A DNA stretch of 57,558 bases, the filler included, from Dugesia japonica (taxonomy: Eukaryota), in the NCBI GenBank assembly GCA_001938525.1. It is 6 parts of 6 records of this genome, joined end to end, with 100 filler letters (N's around TTAATTAATTAA, not from the genome) between each part and the next. Parts side by side here need not be neighbours in the genome. Positions count along the whole stretch, not along the records: positions 48,981 to 57,558 come from MQRL01570491.1; 5 more parts are not named here. One strand, given 5' to 3'. The notes under the pieces are model-generated. The model ran no database searches. It was not told the origin of the DNA and worked only from the letters and a program-made list of their open reading frames with translations. The stretch's first letter is position 1; every line of letters begins with the position of its first letter. This document shows positions 51,693 to 57,558 of the stretch, piece by piece. Made by a program: the position numbers and the translations under genes.

Positions 51693-51742
51693 NNNNNNNN
51701 NNNNNNNNNNNNNNNNNNNNNNNNNNNNNNNNNNNNNNNNNN

Positions 51743-51782
<40 letters not shown>

Positions 51783-52190
51783 CAAACCTTTTATATTGCT
51801 GCTCTTCTAACTGTCTGTAGACTCATTGTTTGTTAAAATTGAGCTAGACTTAATAAATCTAATGCTATTGGTAGTATTATTGTTATAAAGCTACCATTTT
51901 GTTCGTACAATACCGTTTTCATTACTTTCTTATTCTTGGTATTTACAATTGACAACAAAGAATTTCTATGTTTTTCCAATGCTATTCTTTGCTCTTCGTT
52001 TAAAGTTACATTACCACGAGCAATATTTACAATAATCTCGAGTAAATCATCAGTACCAAATGATGGAAATACTTGCAGAATTTTCATTCTCTTCATACTA
52101 GGAGAATGTATTAATGCTGTAAAGAATGATTTACTTCGTTCTAAATCCATCTTCTATTTAAATACATTAATAACACTAAGTTGTTTATAA
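49128..52190 (-). mobile_element. Decayed Maverick/Polinton (terminus, subterminal repeats, ATPase relic, PX-like ORF)
   Basis: AGTAGAGGGATAG terminus like that at 3656; tttaggtgaa..ggtcaa repeats at ~49440-50240; minus-strand relic GLVILDDVI (Walker B-like, ~50795-50817) and GRKHFSRDDIL; intact PX-like ORF. Confidence 0.65.
51833..52150 (-). CDS. Maverick PX/'GasderminX'-type virion core/membrane-active protein
   Basis: LLEIIVNIARGNVTL..Q...LEKHRNSL..L....K...L..QNGSFITIILP.. matches the recalled Maverick pattern E...N.L.GNV.L...Q...L..H...LR.L..Q.GGF...LLP. Confidence 0.75.
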   Translation of the reverse strand: MDLERSKSFFTALIHSPSMKRMKILQVFPSFGTDDLLEIIVNIARGNVTLNEEQRIALEKHRNSLLSIVNTKNKKVMKTVLYEQNGSFITIILPIALDLLSLAQF

Positions 52191-53619
52191 CATTATCAAT
52201 AAACATTAAATTAATAATCTTCCTTTGTATACGATATTTTTACCTTATTTTATCTTGTTTACCCTATTTTACCATGTTTTACTCAATTTACCATATTTTA
52301 CTTGATTTACTATATTTTTCCTGATTTGCCCGATTTCCCCGTATTTTGCCCGATTTGCCCAGATTCTCCATATTTTGCCCCATTTACCCTTTTTCTCCAT
52401 ATTTTATTCACATTTATCTAATAAGCTTTGAATATCAATAATGAGACTAGATTTAATTTATTGTATTATTACGTAACAAGATAAGCCTCTATTAATAAGT
52501 TATGGTTTATTTTATTTAATAAAGAATTAAGTCTATTATAATTTGAGATCAATATCGTTTCAACATGAAAATAATAGGTTTATTTTGGGACAAATAGGTA
52601 TTTCTTTCAATAAATTCCTTCACTTTTTGCCTTCATCCTTGCTTGCTTCCTGATTCCTTGCGTGCACCTTGGCAAACCTGTGTGCACTTTGGTTTTCATG
52701 GGTTTATTTATCTTTTAAATACTAAATTATCAGTCAGTAAAATCAATACTTTAACTATAACTTATACCTTATTACACGGTTTCGTTATTGAAAATATGAG
52801 TTTCACTATTGGAAAATAATAGACTTATCATAGAAAACCATGGATTTTTCATTGAAAATACAAGTTTTACCGTTAGAAAATATGAGTTTAGACATAAAAA
52901 ATATTTAATAAAGTAAATCTGATCACTAATTATATTGCATTTATTATATACATAGTCATTTAATATGTTTGATTTATACACAATTTGTCACCTTTTACCA
53001 TATTTTCCCATATCTTTAGTCATTTTCCAACATGTACCCCTATTTGCACGATTTACCCCTATTTAGCCATATTTAGCTATATTTCCCATTATTTTCCACC
53101 ATGTGCAGTCATATACCATTATTTAGCTATATTTAAACTATTTAGCCATATTTTCTCTATTTTCAATAACGTATTTTCACTTCAAATTTTCATAGACCTC
53201 ACTTCAATAATCTTTAAAGACTGTTATATAGTGAGAAAAGAAGACATGTAGGCTGAGTGATAGTGAGTAAGAGTTGATATGACATGCTTTTTATTTAAAA
53301 TAATATAACAATTTCAATATATTTTATTTATCTCATTATCCTTCTTCTTCTTTGCTTGCAACTTGGCAACACTGCTTGGTCTTTGGTTTTATGAGATTCT
53401 TTTTCCTTTTGATAGCTAATATTCAGATACATTGTTAGAAAATAAGAGTTTAACATAGAAAATACGGATCTTATCATTAGAAATATTGATCTCCAAATTG
53501 AAAATATTAGTTCCAATAGATAAAGTTATGGTTTCATCATTTAAAATATGGGGTTTATCATGAAATTCTGGTTTCAATTTGAAAAATAGGTTTTTTATAA
53601 TTAAATAATAAAATAAAGA

Positions 53620-56600
53620 TTTATTTATGAATATCACAAAATGGCAAAAGCCAAAAATTACATGACTTAGTCAGTCAATAAATTTTAATATATGATCAGT
53701 TTTTAAAGTTTATAGTAAAGCCGTTTTTTCTTTGCTCATTGAGTAGGTGTTGTGAGCTTTCCAGTTTTCATTGCTCCATTGGATGTTAGAAATGATGCAA
53801 TCATTTTTTAGAGTTTTGATTGCAGTCAAGCTGAGTCCGATATTACTCAAAATATCAGGAGACCAGGAACCCAAACATCTTACGACAATGGTTTTGAGAG
53901 AGACTTCAAAATCAGGAAGATGAGATTTGATTTCTGATTGAAGATCCTTGTAGTAATCTTCATTTTCTAATCTTATCCCATCCATCTGGTTTTTGACATC
54001 ATAAGGTGTTTTGATATCTACTAACCAGAAGATCTTTTTGGACTGATTTCGGATGTGAAGATCAACCCAAAGATTGGTTTTAGAGAGATCGCATGAATGG
54101 TCTTTCATGATACCGAGAAAAGAATTCTCAAATGAGATAGCCTTGAAGTTTAAGTGAAGGATTGCATTATGTCTCTTTTGAAGGTAGTATTGGTTATTGC
54201 ACCAGAGAAAAATGTGCATTTGAGTTTCTGGATCTGATGTACAATGCCGAGAATTGCGATCCTTCACAGGTTTACTCAAATGATCATTAACAGGTAATGA
54301 GTTTGTTCTCGCACTGTGAAAAAATTTCCAATCAGAGATTGAGATAGCACCATTGTGGAGGATCTTGTTGGAGGTTTTGCACATTGAGAGAAGCTTGCTG
54401 AATAGCCTCCCATTTTTTGCTCAATCCAAGTGTTGAAATAGGATAGTCCGATGAGTTCATACAACTTTAGAGAAGACAGTGATGCTGCATCTGGAAGAAG
54501 CATGATAGATTTCTGTAAATAACTGAATTAAAGGCATATGTTTTTTCTAACTGACTAAATGCAGCAGTGATCTAGCAATTTTTTGCCAAATAACGGATGT
54601 TGGTTCTTAATTTTGTTTAGAAGACTTGAATTCCGGATTCATAATCGCCTTCATTGAGCCAGTCAATTGATTTCTTCACTATTACCATAAAACATAGTCA
54701 TTTGATTTGCTTTTCATAACAGCTTTTTTTAAGGCTATATCTGGCAATCTTAGCAACGGTAATGTCAGAGCAGGTGAGATCTCTGAAAGCTTGAGAAATT
54801 ACTTGAATTACTCATCTCTGCACGAAATAAGACCAATACCTCCTAGATGGATAGGAGTGTTGAGGTAAGCTTTTGTTGTTCTGATGCCTATGTGAAGGAT
54901 GTCTTTTTTGATGATTTGCCTGAGCTGTCGATCGATACAATTCTTGTTTTGCGGGCTATCTAGATGAAACGTGGGAATGTTGTAATTCCGGAAAGAGAAG
55001 ATGAGCCGCGGGTGCAAAAAACTATGTATGCATTGATTTTCTGCTAAGAAAAAGAATTGAGTCGATAATAATACGGAACTCGCTGATGATTTTCTTGAGA
55101 ACTTCAGTAGAACAATTCTTTGTTTTGTGATTAATTTCAAGTCCAAGATATCAATACCTCTTGTCATTGTCAACAAAAAGAATAGGCTACGAATTGATCG
55201 TGATAGAGCTGTCATCGTTTATGTCATTGGTGAGATATCCGCATATGTTCACATTGAATTTCATATGGCTCCATTTGACTCAATGATTTGCCAAATTAAC
55301 CATACATTGGAGATCATCTTGGCTTTGAGCAAAGATGGCGATATCATCTGCGTAAGCCAGAAATTTAACATTCTGATCCCCAATGTTGATACCAAATCCT
55401 TTCATTTTTGAAATCACATTGAGAATTGGGTTGAGACCAATATTGAATAATAACATTGAAAGTGGACAATCTTGACGGACTCCTCTTTTTATTTTGATAG
55501 GAGCTGTGTGATGTTGGAACAGGTGTAAAGAGAGGAACAACTGAAGTAAATATTAAGAATGAGATCTATTAAAGATTGTTTCATCTGCATGGCAGCAAGA
55601 ACGCCGACGATATGCTGAATGGGAATAGATCCAAAGGCATCAGAGATATCTAGGAAGGCAATGTAGAAAACCTTGTTTTTTTTCTTCGAGTAGCTGTCCT
55701 CAATTATAGAACGAAGAATACTATTTTGTTTGGCGCAATAAGAAGAAGGAATGAGAAGAGTTTTGAATTCTTTCTACATAGCTGGAATTACCTCAGTGGT
55801 AATAATTTTGTTGAAGAAGGTGCACAAAAGTTCATCTTTGGGATCACAATGCCGGATGTCGCTGTAGGTGACATTGCTGATACCCGGACAAGAGTTGGTG
55901 GTCTTCTTGAGGATTTTGGTTATAGTTTCAGGAGAGATTTGCTTAAATTCAAAGACTTGCCCTTGTTTGATAGATGGAAAGAAAGACCAGTCTGTATCAG
56001 GGCACTCAATTGATTTGAGGCTGTAGAATTTTTCAATATAATCTTTGGATGGATAAGTAGATGTTTTTATAGAGTTTAGAATTGTGTTGACTACCATTTT
56101 TGGTGAATAAAGATAACTTTTGAGAAGATGCAAATCATTGGTAGCAGGCAAGTCTCTATTTGACCAATTAAGGGATTTCCTTTTGGTCTGACGAGAATTC
56201 CAAATAAAATCAGTGAAAGCAATTTTCATATAGTTCGAGTCCATTTATTTGTAAGTTATGATCAAATCACTGACGAGATCAATTCTCTCTTGAAGAGTGA
56301 GAGGTTTCAGAGATTTTGATGCAGTGAGATCTCTGTTGAGATGTTTCTTCGTAGGCTGCAGAGCAATGATGAAAGAGATTTTCTTTTCTTGGTTAAAACA
56401 AAAGAGAAGCCATTGCAATTCATCAATTTGGAGACGACATAAAACAAGATGCTTGTCAATGAATTCTCGATAACTGATTGAATGTCTGATGTAGAGTTCA
56501 TCATTTGAAGCAATTTTACTTCCCATGGTAGGATGCATTAAGAATACTTTCAAAGATTTGATAATCTCACAGCAAAAGAGCAGAATTTCGATAGAAGTAT

Positions 56601-57440
56601 CTCAAGGAATAGAGATAGTAGCAATATTGGTAGACGATTCCTTATGGTTAGTCGTAATAGATTTGTCAAAAGAGACGGTTTCCGTAGGGATAACTTTTAA
56701 AGATAAGTCAATTTTAGGGAAGAGAATGTTGTGTACTGAAACCTTTCCAAATTTGATTTTGTTCATGCGACTGATGTTTCTGATTTCAGTAATTTCGTTT
56801 GGAGAAAGAGCTTTAAGAGTCGATAATTTTTCCCATAAGTTCATTTTATGGAGGAAATTCAAAATGTCAAGATTTAATTTTTTGGAGTTGTAGATTGCTA
56901 ATAGTTTGGTAAAATCTTCAATAAATGAGTTAAGGTTAATTTTAGTCACTTGGCCTAGTCCATTGTATAGAGAAGATATTCTTCTTTCGATTTCATTTCC
57001 AATTAAGTTAAGGCGTTCTATAGTAAAAATACTAGAAGCTCGAGTTTTCGAATTTGTAGAGTTTTCTTGATTAAAAATAGAATGTTTGATCCGAAGAGTG
57101 ATAGCTTCTATGAAAAGGCTGCTAAAATTGAGAGTATTGAAGTAGCTTATAATCTTTTTGCAGAAATTTATTGAAAGCAAATTGAATTTTCTGATATCTT
57201 GAGAGAGAAGTTCAAGATTTTTCATATAATTGTGAATTGTGGAATTCAGAGTGTTTTCTTTAACCATTTTGCTATTTTAATGTTATTTAACAAGTTCTTG
57301 TGATTGGAGATAAGAGCTGAGCCGAGGGGAATATCTTGATCAGTTATATGATTGAGAAGGATATTTGCCTGATGTGAGAATTTTCCCATTGTAGGAGGTT
57401 TTTTGAGTATTTCTTTTAGTTAAAACTGCATTTTTAGAAA
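53620..57440 (-). mobile_element. RLE-type non-LTR retrotransposon (NeSL/R5-like), frameshifted
   Basis: CPGISNVTY..DP, FLDISDAFGSIP, RGVRQDCPLS, LAYADDI, GGIGL; C-terminal degenerate CCHC (RHC..ETQMHIFLWC), RHNAI, VDL..LVDIKTPYD and LGSW; possible Ulp1-like relic at ~56245-56600. Confidence 0.9.
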
Positions 57441-57558
57441 AGATGGGAGCCCTTTCCTCAGTGTTTCTAGCATTCGGACATAAAATGTGACATAAAATAT
57501 AAAAGCAATATGATTAAAGGACTAATTCATCGTTCTTGGTCTCTCTCTTCTACTTTTA

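Noticed and set aside
51579-51836. Poly-Ile and poly-Asn ORFs
   Set aside because: Translations of an (AAT)n microsatellite

Overview
AT-rich eukaryotic (metazoan) genomic DNA. The 43-53 bp introns and the transposon complement would fit a planarian-type flatworm, but that is inference. The window is six contigs joined by artificial 100-bp spacers (N44-TTAATTAATTAA-N44), so adjacency across spacers is not biological. Three host genes can be read as spliced exons: an SLC13 sodium:carboxylate/sulfate transporter (+), a divergent PP6 regulatory subunit/SAPS gene (-) and a claudin/PMP22/CACNG-type first exon (+). The rest is mostly decayed mobile DNA: Penelope-like, Gypsy, mariner, piggyBac, pogo/Tigger, hAT and Harbinger ends, a NeSL-like RLE non-LTR element and three separate Maverick/Polinton-related pieces. 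Highlights: (1) a 3.83-kb TG..CA solo-LTR-like element with a 4-bp TSD that carries about six small co-oriented ORFs, most behind their own 3' splice acceptor; (2) a hairpin with compensatory changes shared by two diverged LTR ends; (3) a long-TIR Maverick-like non-autonomous element with tandem E2F-like sites and one apparently intact, intron-containing gene that may encode an OB-fold SSB; (4) a Gypsy-like polyprotein with duplicated Gag and three zinc-knuckle clusters.
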